From: an archaeon
GTDB taxonomy: Archaea > Nanobdellota > Nanobdellia > Pacearchaeales > GW2011-AR1
Direction of reading: 5' to 3'
DNA length: 64,000 nucleotides
Assembly: GCA_021107855.1 (NCBI GenBank)
Contig: JAIORZ010000002.1
Coordinates: 245,425-309,424, forward strand
Shown here piece by piece: positions 9,419-18,083 of this stretch. Positions within the stretch are counted from its first letter, which is position 1. Each line of letters begins with the position of its first letter. The notes beneath the pieces are model-generated. The model did not search any database. It saw only the letters and a list, made by a program, of their open reading frames with translations, and was not told the origin of the DNA. A program made the translations under genes and the position numbers.

Positions 9419-9458
9419 TTGGGAGAAGTATTATAAAGTTATAAACCTTTTCCAGGAT
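9419..9458. promoter_or_regulatory. Compact divergent promoter between hydB and the ROK kinase
   Basis: 40-bp gap containing ATTATAAA (9430) and GTTATAAA (9438), which can be read as TATA boxes on both strands. Confidence 0.6.
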
Positions 9459-10289
9459 ATGATTTTTAAAAAGAGAAAGAAGGTGATTGCTTTTGATATT
9501 GGAGGAACAAGCATCCGTTGCGGACTTGTTCAAGGAAAAAAAATTCTAAAACTTGTCCAGTGTGAAACTCCCAAATCTAAAAAACTATTTTTAGATAAAA
9601 TTTGCGAATTTACTAAAGAATTTATGGAAAAAGATATTGCTGGTATTGGCGTTGGATTTCCCGCCCCAGTTAAAGACGGCATCGTCAAAAACCCACCAAA
9701 TGTCAAATTAAAAAATTTCGATTTAAAAAAATATTTAAAACAAAAGTTTAGAAAACAAGTTGAAATTGCAAATGACGTAGATTGTGTTGCCTTAGCCGAA
9801 TTAAAACTTGGAATTAAGAAAAAGAATTTTTTCGTAATTGCACTTGGAACCGGAATCGGCGGTGGCGTTATTGTTAATGGAGAACTTTATCACGGAGGCG
9901 GAGGCTATGGAAGTGAACTCGGACATATAATCATTAATGAAAAGGATTTTGAATCATTATGGAAAGGGACGAAAAAAAGAATTGAAAAAGAATTTGGAAA
10001 GGGGATGTTAGTTCGAGACTTGGTTAAAATGAAAGACCCTAAGGCAAAAAAAATTTTAGAAGAAGCAGCGGATTATTTAGGCGAAGGAATTGCTTCTGTT
10101 ATTAGCGTTTTAGATTCTGAAGTCGTTGTTTTAGGGGGCGGAATTAGAGATTCCGGAAAAGTTTTCTTAAAAATGGTCAACAAAGGTGTAAAGAAATATT
10201 CTTTTTTACCGAAGAAAGTCCGAGTAATTTTTGGCAAGGTTAATATGCCCGGTGTTCTTGGAGCTGCTCTTTTACTAGACGAGAAATAA
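9459..10289 (+). CDS. ROK-family sugar kinase (glucokinase-like)
   Basis: AFDIGGT, GIGVGFPAP, ANDVDC, ALGTGIGGG, GSELGH, VVVLGGGI. Confidence 0.92.
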   Translation: MIFKKRKKVIAFDIGGTSIRCGLVQGKKILKLVQCETPKSKKLFLDKICEFTKEFMEKDIAGIGVGFPAPVKDGIVKNPPNVKLKNFDLKKYLKQKFRKQVEIANDVDCVALAELKLGIKKKNFFVIALGTGIGGGVIVNGELYHGGGGYGSELGHIIINEKDFESLWKGTKKRIEKEFGKGMLVRDLVKMKDPKAKKILEEAADYLGEGIASVISVLDSEVVVLGGGIRDSGKVFLKMVNKGVKKYSFLPKKVRVIFGKVNMPGVLGAALLLDEK

Positions 10290-11411
10290 TTAAAATCTAT
10301 GCTGGATATAATCAATCAACGCGTTCCCCCCTAACCTAACACTCGCCGGACCATTCCGAATATAAAATTTTTCCTCATTATTCATCCTCAAAAAAACCCG
10401 CTTTCGACTTTCCTTACAACTTACCAAAAGAACCTTCCTGCCCTGCATATTTATTATTCCAAATTTCATGAACGGCAAAAACTCATTCCCAATATGAGAC
10501 TTAATCAGATTAGTCACATGAAGCCCCAACTTGTCATCAGTCTGAAATTTGTCGTCCTCTAATCCAAGAATTTCCCCCTCATCGTTCACCCCAACTAAAA
10601 GATTCCCACCTTTTGTATTCAAAAATGCAGTTACCGTTTTCAGAATTTCAAATTCCATTTTCTTATCAAATTGCTTTGTAAACAAATTCGTTCTCACACT
10701 CGATTTAAATTCTACTTCAGAACTTTCACCCGCCTGAATTAAATCCAACACTCTTTGTTCCGGGTTCGTCGCAATTCTTTTGGGACCAAGCAAAAAAACA
10801 CTTCTCTCTATCGCATTCGTCAAAAAAGTACTCGCCAATATCGAGTTACCTTTCCTAACATGATTATACCCAGCTATCGAAACAAGAAGAGCCCCCAAAA
10901 CATTTATCGAAAGGTCCTGCATCGTGTCAATTAAATCTTTCTGCAGACCAGAATGGATTAAAGTATCAAGAACGTATTCAAAAATTTCCCAAAGAGTTCC
11001 AAAAGACAAAGAAAGACTAAAAATAAGTATTGCCGCAAAGAGCGGGTTTTTACTAATCCGATTAGTTTTATGCAATACGTGAATAATACTCAAACCAGTA
11101 AACCCAAGAGCCAGAGAAGCTGTAAATGTCATCAAAATATTCCACCATAAAAGCCCATGATAAAAGCCCCTCAACTCACCCAACATCAAAAGACCATAAA
11201 TAAACATAAGATAAATAATTTCAAAACTAGAAGGAATTTTGATATTGAAAAGTTTTTCAAGTGTCGAGGGAATGAAAGTTATTAAAAGAGCAACTATAGA
11301 AACCACTTGCACAAGAGTTCTTTCGGATGTTAAGGCGTAGATAAAAGTGAGAAAAAGGATAAGACGAATTAGGTTTGTGATGATTAAATGAACAGCTTTA
11401 GGAGTTTGCAT
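10290..11411 (-). CDS. Multi-pass membrane protein fused to a C-terminal Schlafen/AlbA_2 domain
   Basis: About 6 TM helices with LWEIFEY (YjdF/DUF2238-like), then GESSEVEFKSS and AFLNTKGGNLLVGVNDEG. Confidence 0.85.
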   Translation of the reverse strand: MQTPKAVHLIITNLIRLILFLTFIYALTSERTLVQVVSIVALLITFIPSTLEKLFNIKIPSSFEIIYLMFIYGLLMLGELRGFYHGLLWWNILMTFTASLALGFTGLSIIHVLHKTNRISKNPLFAAILIFSLSLSFGTLWEIFEYVLDTLIHSGLQKDLIDTMQDLSINVLGALLVSIAGYNHVRKGNSILASTFLTNAIERSVFLLGPKRIATNPEQRVLDLIQAGESSEVEFKSSVRTNLFTKQFDKKMEFEILKTVTAFLNTKGGNLLVGVNDEGEILGLEDDKFQTDDKLGLHVTNLIKSHIGNEFLPFMKFGIINMQGRKVLLVSCKESRKRVFLRMNNEEKFYIRNGPASVRLGGNALIDYIQHRF

Positions 11412-11503
11412 GAAAAAAGATAGTTTTTGTATTAATAAGAATTATTGAGGTAAAAAAGAGATATTGGAGTTAGCTTTTTATAGCAAAAAACTGTTAATTT
11501 TTT

Positions 11504-12514
11504 ATGGAAGAAAGAAAAAGCTATTCAGAATATTTGAAAGAGAAATTCCCACCTAAGCCAGAATTTGTCGAGAGAATGAAAAAACTAATAGGAAAAGACG
11601 ACGCCAAAAAGTTTTTTGAGATTTCCTATACCAAATGCCCCAGTTCAATTCGATGCAATACACTAAAAATGAAACCAGAAGAATTACTAAAAAGACTTAA
11701 AAATTATGGATGGAAAGTGCGACAACCTTTTGAGAATTTTCCCGAAGTCATGATTATCGATTCAGGTCCAAAGCCCGGAGACTTAGGAAAAACAAAAGAA
11801 CATTTACTCGGATATTATTATGTTCAAGAAATCAGTTCAATGTTACCAATGATGGCACTGAAACCCAAAGAAGGAGATTCTGTATTAGACCTTTGCGCGA
11901 GTCCCGGAAGCAAAACCACACAAGCCGCAGCGATGATGGAAAATAATGGCTTTATTTTAGCGAACGAGATTTCAATGGGGCGAATTGGAATTTTAAACTC
12001 AAACTTAGAAAGATGTGGAATCATGAATACAATCGTAACTCGAAAAGAAGGAACCGCACTTTGCAACAAACTACTTAAAAAATCACAAGTTCGCTTCGAC
12101 AAAATCCTAGTTGATGCGCCATGTTCGGGAGAAGGAACCCTAAGAAAAAGCCCGAAAACTTTTCAGATGTGGAATCCTAATATGATTAAAAAAATCGCAA
12201 AAACTCAAAGACAATTAGCTGCAGCCGCTTTAAAATTATTAAAAGTCGGAGGTGTTATGATTTATTCGACCTGCACTTTGGCGCCTGAGGAGGACGAGAT
12301 GATTGTAAATTTTTTGTTGAAGAATTTTGACGTTGAGATTGAAGCACTGAGCTTACCGTTGAAGTTTAGAAATGGAATTTGTGAATGGAACGGGGAAGAT
12401 TTAGACAAGAATGTAGAGAAGTGCCTGAGATTATACCCACAAGATAATAATACAGACGGGTTTTTCGTGGCGAAGATTCGAAAATTAAGCGATGAGGTGA
12501 AAAATGAAAATTAA
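11504..12514 (+). CDS. RsmB/RsmF/NOP2-family RNA m5C methyltransferase
   Basis: YYVQEISS, LDLCASPGSKT, LVDAPCSGEG, YSTCTL, DGFFVAK. Confidence 0.95.
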   Translation: MEERKSYSEYLKEKFPPKPEFVERMKKLIGKDDAKKFFEISYTKCPSSIRCNTLKMKPEELLKRLKNYGWKVRQPFENFPEVMIIDSGPKPGDLGKTKEHLLGYYYVQEISSMLPMMALKPKEGDSVLDLCASPGSKTTQAAAMMENNGFILANEISMGRIGILNSNLERCGIMNTIVTRKEGTALCNKLLKKSQVRFDKILVDAPCSGEGTLRKSPKTFQMWNPNMIKKIAKTQRQLAAAALKLLKVGGVMIYSTCTLAPEEDEMIVNFLLKNFDVEIEALSLPLKFRNGICEWNGEDLDKNVEKCLRLYPQDNNTDGFFVAKIRKLSDEVKNEN

Positions 12515-12995
12515 CATCCTAAGCCGAGCAAAAAAGAAAAAATTCATCGAAGGATTAAGCAATTTAGGAATAAAAAAAATCCCACAAATATTAGTCCGAA
12601 GCGGGAAAGAAAGAATTAGAGCATTTTCCGGAAACCTAGATAGAGAACAGATTATGGATATTTGGAGACTATTACCAATTGAAGGTGTCGGACTTTATGT
12701 CGGTAAAGATGTGGTGAATCGAAATGGAGTTCGAGAGGTGAGGCTGAGTTTAGACGGGATGCATGTTTGGAAGGAACAATTGACGAAAAGGGTTTTGTTC
12801 CTAACAGAAGAACAAGAAGTTGATTGGTTTCTAGGGAGAAATATTGAGTTGAATGAAGAACAAAAAATGAAAGAAGGTTTTGTCAATGTGAAAGCTAGTG
12901 AAGATTTTGTTGGAATTGGAAAGGTTGGGGCTGACAGGGATAAATTATTTTCGTTTTTGCCAAAGGAGAGAAGAAGGAAAGAGAGAATGAGTTAA
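12504..12995 (+). CDS. RsmF C-terminal PUA/NIP7-like partner protein
   Basis: EEQEVDWFLGRNI...GFVNV...VGIGK...LPKERR pattern; overlaps the methyltransferase stop. Confidence 0.7.
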   Translation: MKINILSRAKKKKFIEGLSNLGIKKIPQILVRSGKERIRAFSGNLDREQIMDIWRLLPIEGVGLYVGKDVVNRNGVREVRLSLDGMHVWKEQLTKRVLFLTEEQEVDWFLGRNIELNEEQKMKEGFVNVKASEDFVGIGKVGADRDKLFSFLPKERRRKERMS

Positions 12996-13041
12996 GCGAC
13001 AAATAATAAAATTTATAAACTAGTAACCATTATAAAGTAGT

Positions 13042-13353
13042 ATGGTATTTGAAGTCCCTGAAAACTATATACTCTACTGGCAAGTTCCAATGTTCGACAA
13101 AAAATCTAATATAGAAGAGCACAAAAGAAAAAAAATGCTTTTTGATTCTGGTTCAAAATTAGTCAACGATATACTCCCAAGACTCGAAGAGCAAGAAATT
13201 CATTGCATTATAAAAAAGAAAGAAGAAGAGTTCAAAGAAATAACTGGGATATGCCGAGAAGCGAAAACCTTCGGAAAAGATGATTATTTTATCGGACCTG
13301 AGATTTTTAATGCGGGTGATATATATACTGTTTCTTATAAAAATAGACAATAA
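13042..13353 (+). CDS. Hypothetical protein
   Basis: 103-aa ORF with TTTATAAA 30 bp upstream of the ATG. Confidence 0.6.
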   Translation: MVFEVPENYILYWQVPMFDKKSNIEEHKRKKMLFDSGSKLVNDILPRLEEQEIHCIIKKKEEEFKEITGICREAKTFGKDDYFIGPEIFNAGDIYTVSYKNRQ

Positions 13354-13435
13354 GGTTTTTGCATACCCACCCAAAACGAAACATTTAAATAGTTTTATGC
13401 ATTGGTATTCATAACTAAATACGGAGAAAAATAAA

Positions 13436-13579
13436 ATGCCAAATAAAGACAGAACTGGCCCAGAAGGGAAAGGTCCTAAAACTGGAAGGCAAATGGGAGA
13501 CTGCGAAGGTGCAGAGCCTATTGCTGGAAGGGGCGGAGGACGAAGGGTCGCTCGCGGAAGAGGTCCTAGGAGAAACTGA
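13436..13579 (+). CDS. DUF5320-like small Gly/Arg-rich protein (absent from the ORF track)
   Basis: MPNKDRTGPEGKGPKTGRQMGDCEG...GRGGGRR (47 aa); GGAGA SD upstream; typical position before DUF134. Confidence 0.8.
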   Translation: MPNKDRTGPEGKGPKTGRQMGDCEGAEPIAGRGGGRRVARGRGPRRN

Positions 13580-13580
13580 A

Positions 13581-13856
13581 ATGCCAAGGCCACGTAAAAG
13601 AAGAAGAGTTATGGGTAGACCAAACTCTTCTTACTTCAAACCTGCAGGGGTGAGAATGGCTAATTTAGCAGAGGTAGCCTTGTCCATGTCAGAATTTGAG
13701 GCAATAAGATTAATTGATTTTGAAGGAATGTCTCAAACAAAAGCAGGAGATAAAATGCATATTTCTCAATCCACCCTATCAAGAATATTGTCGTCCGGAA
13801 GAAAAAAAATAGCAGATGCTATAATCAACGGCAAAGCGATTAAAATCGAAAAATGA
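13581..13856 (+). CDS. DUF134-family HTH protein (start corrected to 13581)
   Basis: MPRPRKRRRV..P...FKPAG, EFEAIRLID.EG..Q..A...M.IS.ST.SRIL..GRKKIADAI. Confidence 0.9.
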   Translation: MPRPRKRRRVMGRPNSSYFKPAGVRMANLAEVALSMSEFEAIRLIDFEGMSQTKAGDKMHISQSTLSRILSSGRKKIADAIINGKAIKIEK

Positions 13857-14191
13857 GAATATTAATTGCAATAGACAAAAACAAAGGAAGTGATTCAGCA
13901 CTAAGTGAACATTTTGGGCATTGCCCTTATTTTGCAATTTACGAAACAAAAACCAAAGAACTAAAAATCGTAAAAAACGAATTAGACCATTCCAATCCAA
14001 ACATGACTCCCGTCGACCAAACGATGAAATTTCACCCAGATATAGTTTTCTCCAAAGGTATGGGGCAGAGAGCTATTAAATTATTCAATGAAAAAAATGT
14101 GGAGATTAAAACAGGAGAGCATAACACAGCAAAAGAAGTTATTAATGATTTAAAAAATCTCAAAAAATTAGATTCAGGATGTGAGCATTGA
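13853..14191 (+). CDS. NifB/NifX (FeMo-co binding domain) family protein
   Basis: SEHFGHCPYF, KGMGQRA. Confidence 0.85.
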   Translation: MRILIAIDKNKGSDSALSEHFGHCPYFAIYETKTKELKIVKNELDHSNPNMTPVDQTMKFHPDIVFSKGMGQRAIKLFNEKNVEIKTGEHNTAKEVINDLKNLKKLDSGCEH

Positions 14192-14604
14192 TGATAAAAT
14201 CAGCACGTAAAGCAGCGAAAGGATTATGGAAAACATTCCCTATGATTTTTGGAACCATTCTCCTCGTCAGTCTTATTTCCACAATAATTCCAAAATCCAT
14301 TTATACAACTATATTCAGCAAAAATTCGTTTTTAGATTCCTTCATCGGTAGTGTAGTTGGAAGCATCTCCGCAGGCAGTCCAATAACAAGTTACATCTTT
14401 GGAGGAGAAATGCTAGGTCAAGGAGTAAGTCTAATCGCAGTGACGGCATTTCTAGTTTCATGGGTAACCGTAGGACTAATACAACTCCCTGCAGAATCCG
14501 CAATACTCGGCAAAAAATTCACACTATTAAGAAATTCAGCCGCATTCCTATTCTCAATTATCGTCGCAATATTAACAGTATTAATACTAGGAGTAATAAC
14601 ATGA
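14188..14604 (+). CDS. Putative permease, first half
   Basis: Hydrophobic; GSISAGSPITSYIFGG..L..GV...AV.AF.VSWVTVG..QLPAE. Confidence 0.75.
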   Translation: MMIKSARKAAKGLWKTFPMIFGTILLVSLISTIIPKSIYTTIFSKNSFLDSFIGSVVGSISAGSPITSYIFGGEMLGQGVSLIAVTAFLVSWVTVGLIQLPAESAILGKKFTLLRNSAAFLFSIIVAILTVLILGVIT

Positions 14605-15113
14605 AATTCAAAGACAGATTAAAACAAATCCCGGGTTCCTGGTATTTCCTAATAACAATAGTATCAATTTACATTTTATTTTTAATATTTCGTCAAGAAA
14701 TTTGCCTGAATAGTTTGATTTTTTTCTACCAACTCATCTACAAAATGATACCTATTTTCATTTTCATTTTCATCCTCATGACCCTATCAAATTATTTTAT
14801 AACTCCCGAATTTATTATAAAACACTTAAAAGAAAAAGGAATCAAAAAATGGTTCTTCATGATTGTCGGCGGAATTTTATCCTCGGGACCAATTTACATG
14901 TGGTATCCACTTTTGGCGGATTTGAAAAAGAGAGGATTAAGTCGCGGATTAATAGCTTGCTTTCTATATAATAGAGCAATAAAAATCCCGTTACTCCCGT
15001 TGGCAATTATATATTTCAGCTGGCAATATATCCTCGTCTTAACAATCATTATGATTATTGTTTCAGTCATCCAAGGAATATTAATAAATAAATTAATGGA
15101 GGTTAAGAAATGA
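14601..15113 (+). CDS. Putative permease, second half (start corrected to 14601)
   Basis: Hydrophobic; GILSSGPIYMWYPLL..L...G......FLYNRAIKIPLLP. Confidence 0.75.
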   Translation: MKFKDRLKQIPGSWYFLITIVSIYILFLIFRQEICLNSLIFFYQLIYKMIPIFIFIFILMTLSNYFITPEFIIKHLKEKGIKKWFFMIVGGILSSGPIYMWYPLLADLKKRGLSRGLIACFLYNRAIKIPLLPLAIIYFSWQYILVLTIIMIIVSVIQGILINKLMEVKK

Positions 15114-15412
15114 AAACTGCAATAGCATCTGAAGGAAAAACTACCGATTCAGAAGTTAGCCAGAGAGGTGGACGAGCGCCCTATTATCTCATCTTTGAAA
15201 ACGGAAAACTCATAGAAACGATAAAAAATCCTTTTGCAAAAGGTTCTGGTGGAGCTGGTTTTTCTGTGGCTTATATGTTAGCTGAGAAAAACGTTAAGTT
15301 AATAATCACTGAAAAGATTGGTAAGAACATGGAAAGTGCTTTAAATGAGAAAGGTATCAAATTTGAAGAAAGGAAAGGAAAGATAAATAAGATTTTAAAA
15401 AAGCTAGATTAA
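15110..15412 (+). CDS. Second NifB/NifX-family protein
   Basis: SQRGGRAPYY, NPF..GSGGAG, KIGKNM..AL..KGI. Confidence 0.85.
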   Translation: MKTAIASEGKTTDSEVSQRGGRAPYYLIFENGKLIETIKNPFAKGSGGAGFSVAYMLAEKNVKLIITEKIGKNMESALNEKGIKFEERKGKINKILKKLD

Positions 15413-15414
15413 AA

Positions 15415-16578
15415 ATGAAGATAGTAAAGAAAATTAGATTAGTGATTCTTCTAGGATTGATTATACCATTTTTTATTCCATTTAGTTTAGGTGAGGATGT
15501 GCAAAGTGACGAAAAGACAACATTGCATATTTTTTATGGAAAAGGATGTGCACACTGTGTAAAAGCTTTAGATTTTTTGAACTTAATAAAAGAAACACAT
15601 CCTTCTTTAATTATTGAGGAACACGAAATTTATTTTAATCAAAAGGAAAGAGAACTGTTTGAAGAAATAACTAATGCTTTTGGTGAGGAAATCGAAGGTG
15701 TCCCGACGATGTTTATTGATAATAAAGTTTTTGTGGGTTTTAGTGGCTCTATAGGTGATTCAATCGAAAGAGAAATTGAAGTATGTATGGAGGTGGGATG
15801 TGGTGATCCAGTTAACAAAATAAAAGACGAAAATACAACAAAGATAACAGGGGATAGTTCTCCAGATAATCCTGAAGAAGGAATCATCCAAAAATTAACA
15901 ATTCCCGCCGTACTTCTCGCAGCACTTGTAGACGCGATAAACCCATGCGCCTTCGCAGTCTTAATAATATTAATGTCCACAATTTTGGTCTCGGAAAACA
16001 GAAAAAGGTCATTACTCGCCGGCTTAGCTTTCTCACTTTCTATTTTCATATCTTATTTCCTAATGGGGATTGGTTTGTATTCTGCGATTCAGGTTTCTGG
16101 TTTAACCCATAATTTTTATTGGGTTGTCGCTATCTTGGCTATTTTTATTGGACTATTTAATTTAAAAGATTATTTATGGTATGGGAAGTGGTTTGTCATG
16201 GAAGTTCCAATGAGTTGGCGACCAAGACTACAGAAGTTAATTAAAAGTGTCACTTCCGTTCCCGGAGCTTTTGCCGTCGGTTTTTTGGTAAGTTTATTTT
16301 TACTTCCTTGCACCTCGGGTCCGTATATCGTTATCCTGGGTTTACTAGCAAAAGTCGCCACGAGAAGTTATGCCATATTCTTACTTGTTATATATAACCT
16401 CATTTTCGTTTTACCCATGATTCTAATCAGTTTCGCGATTTTCTTCGGACTCACAACCACCGAGAAAGCAGAAAATTTGAGAAAAAAGAAGCTAGAACTT
16501 CTTCATTTAATTGCAGGAATAATTATATTGTGCTTGGGAATTGGTATGATTATTGCTATGAAGCTGGGGATGATTTAG
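15415..16578 (+). CDS. Thioredoxin-like domain plus CcdA/DsbD-like membrane disulfide reductase
   Basis: Signal peptide, FYGKGCAHC, GVPTMFI, TM region with DAINPCAF and LLPCTSGPY. Confidence 0.85.
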   Translation: MKIVKKIRLVILLGLIIPFFIPFSLGEDVQSDEKTTLHIFYGKGCAHCVKALDFLNLIKETHPSLIIEEHEIYFNQKERELFEEITNAFGEEIEGVPTMFIDNKVFVGFSGSIGDSIEREIEVCMEVGCGDPVNKIKDENTTKITGDSSPDNPEEGIIQKLTIPAVLLAALVDAINPCAFAVLIILMSTILVSENRKRSLLAGLAFSLSIFISYFLMGIGLYSAIQVSGLTHNFYWVVAILAIFIGLFNLKDYLWYGKWFVMEVPMSWRPRLQKLIKSVTSVPGAFAVGFLVSLFLLPCTSGPYIVILGLLAKVATRSYAIFLLVIYNLIFVLPMILISFAIFFGLTTTEKAENLRKKKLELLHLIAGIIILCLGIGMIIAMKLGMI

Positions 16579-16617
16579 AAATGGGAAAGACTAAATAGTT
16601 TCTTGTGATGTTATTTT

Positions 16618-17514
16618 ATGGAAAAATCCGAAATTGACTCATACAAAAAAGCTGGTGCAATTGCCAAGCAAATCAAAACTTTCACCAAAGATTTAATCAA
16701 ACCTAAAATGAAACTTCTCGATATCGCAGAAGCCATAGATTCAAAAATCCTAGAACTAGGTGGAGAATTTGCCTTCCCCGTAAACCTAAGTATGAATGAA
16801 ATCGCAGCACATTATACTCCCGCCTCCGGAGACGAAACGCTAGCCGAAGGAATTTTAAAAGTTGATGTCGGCGTAGCCATCGACGGTTTTATTGCAGACA
16901 CAGCTTTATCAATTGACCTAACCGAAAACAAAGAATTCAAAGAAATGATTGAACTAAATCAAAAATTATTAGAGAACATTTCCAAAATCATAAAAGTTGG
17001 CATGGAAGTTCAAAACGTCGGAGAGAGTTGTCAAAAAACACTAGAAGAATGGGACAAAGAAAAATTCTCTATAATTAAAAGTCTAAGCGGACACTCCCTA
17101 GCCCAAAACACAATTCACGCCGGACTAACAATTTCGAATTATAAAAATACCAACAAAAAAGTCCTAGACGAAATCGCTTTCGCAATCGAACCCTTCGTAA
17201 CGACAGGAGTAGGAGATATTTATGAGGGCGAACCGGGAGGAATTTATATTTTGAAAAATGACGGACAAACAAGAGATAGGGATGCGAGGAAAGTTTTGGA
17301 ATTCGTCCGAGAAGAATATGGGACTCGCCCGTTTTGTGCTAGGTGGTTAGCAAAAGAAGGTTTCGATAAATTGAAATTTGTCTTGAAAATACTTGTTAAA
17401 CAGGGGATTTTGTACGAGTATCCGATGCTGATTGAAAAGAGTCGAAAGCCGGTGAGTCAATTTGAAAATACGTTTGTTTTGGCGAATGGTGAGGTTGTTT
17501 GTACGACGGGGTAG
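16618..17514 (+). CDS. map: Methionine aminopeptidase type II
   Basis: AFPVNLS.NEIAAHYTP, KVDVG..DGFIADTA, SGH, AIEPF, SQFENT. Confidence 0.95.
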   Translation: MEKSEIDSYKKAGAIAKQIKTFTKDLIKPKMKLLDIAEAIDSKILELGGEFAFPVNLSMNEIAAHYTPASGDETLAEGILKVDVGVAIDGFIADTALSIDLTENKEFKEMIELNQKLLENISKIIKVGMEVQNVGESCQKTLEEWDKEKFSIIKSLSGHSLAQNTIHAGLTISNYKNTNKKVLDEIAFAIEPFVTTGVGDIYEGEPGGIYILKNDGQTRDRDARKVLEFVREEYGTRPFCARWLAKEGFDKLKFVLKILVKQGILYEYPMLIEKSRKPVSQFENTFVLANGEVVCTTG

Positions 17515-17700
17515 GGTTTAACTGTTGTTGCTTGACCCGAACGAAGTGAGAGCCTGCAAGGCGTGGCAAGAAATTATGAAATAATTTCGCAGAGTTTTAA
17601 TTTTTCTTTTCAGGTTGGGGAAGGACGGTGGGACGACCAATGTATTTGAGAGATAAGCCCGCTTTTTGTTTCTTTTTTCTAAAAAGAAAATGAAATAATC
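17515..17700. repeat. Structured intergenic element with several hairpins (REP/MITE-like)
   Basis: CCGAACGAAGTGAG core, GCC-TGCAA-GGC, GAAATTA-TGAAA-TAATTTC, TTTTCT-AAA-AAGAAAA. Confidence 0.35.
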
Positions 17701-17747
17701 TTTTAATTACATAAATCTTTTTAAATAGAATCATAATTCTTTATATT

Positions 17748-18083
17748 ATGGGATTATCTTTACTTTCAGCATTACAAATACAAGGAAATGAAACTTTAGT
17801 TGATACTTATCAAGATAAAGAATCTGGTAAATATGGTTATGCTATTATTCATAACGAAGATAAATATTGTCGTCCGATAGTTTCATGTAATCCAGCTTAT
17901 GATTCTAGAGAAGATGCATTGAAAGCAGGAACTGAATTAATGGGACAAGTAAAAAAATTAGATTTGAGTCCTCAAGGAAAATCTCTTGTTGATATAATAG
18001 GCGGTGAAGAAACAGCAAAAACTGTTGAATCCATTGTTCAAGCTTCAATTAAAAATATAAAGTCTCCTTTGGATAATCTCTGA
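17748..18083 (+). CDS. Hypothetical protein
   Basis: 111-aa ORF, TTTAAATA 28 bp upstream of the ATG. Confidence 0.65.
   Translation: MGLSLLSALQIQGNETLVDTYQDKESGKYGYAIIHNEDKYCRPIVSCNPAYDSREDALKAGTELMGQVKKLDLSPQGKSLVDIIGGEETAKTVESIVQASIKNIKSPLDNL

Noticed and set aside
17515-17700. SRP RNA or RNase P RNA
   Set aside because: Lacks the SRP helix-8 motif and the RNase P GAGGAAAGUCC/P4 signature; too short and AT-rich.
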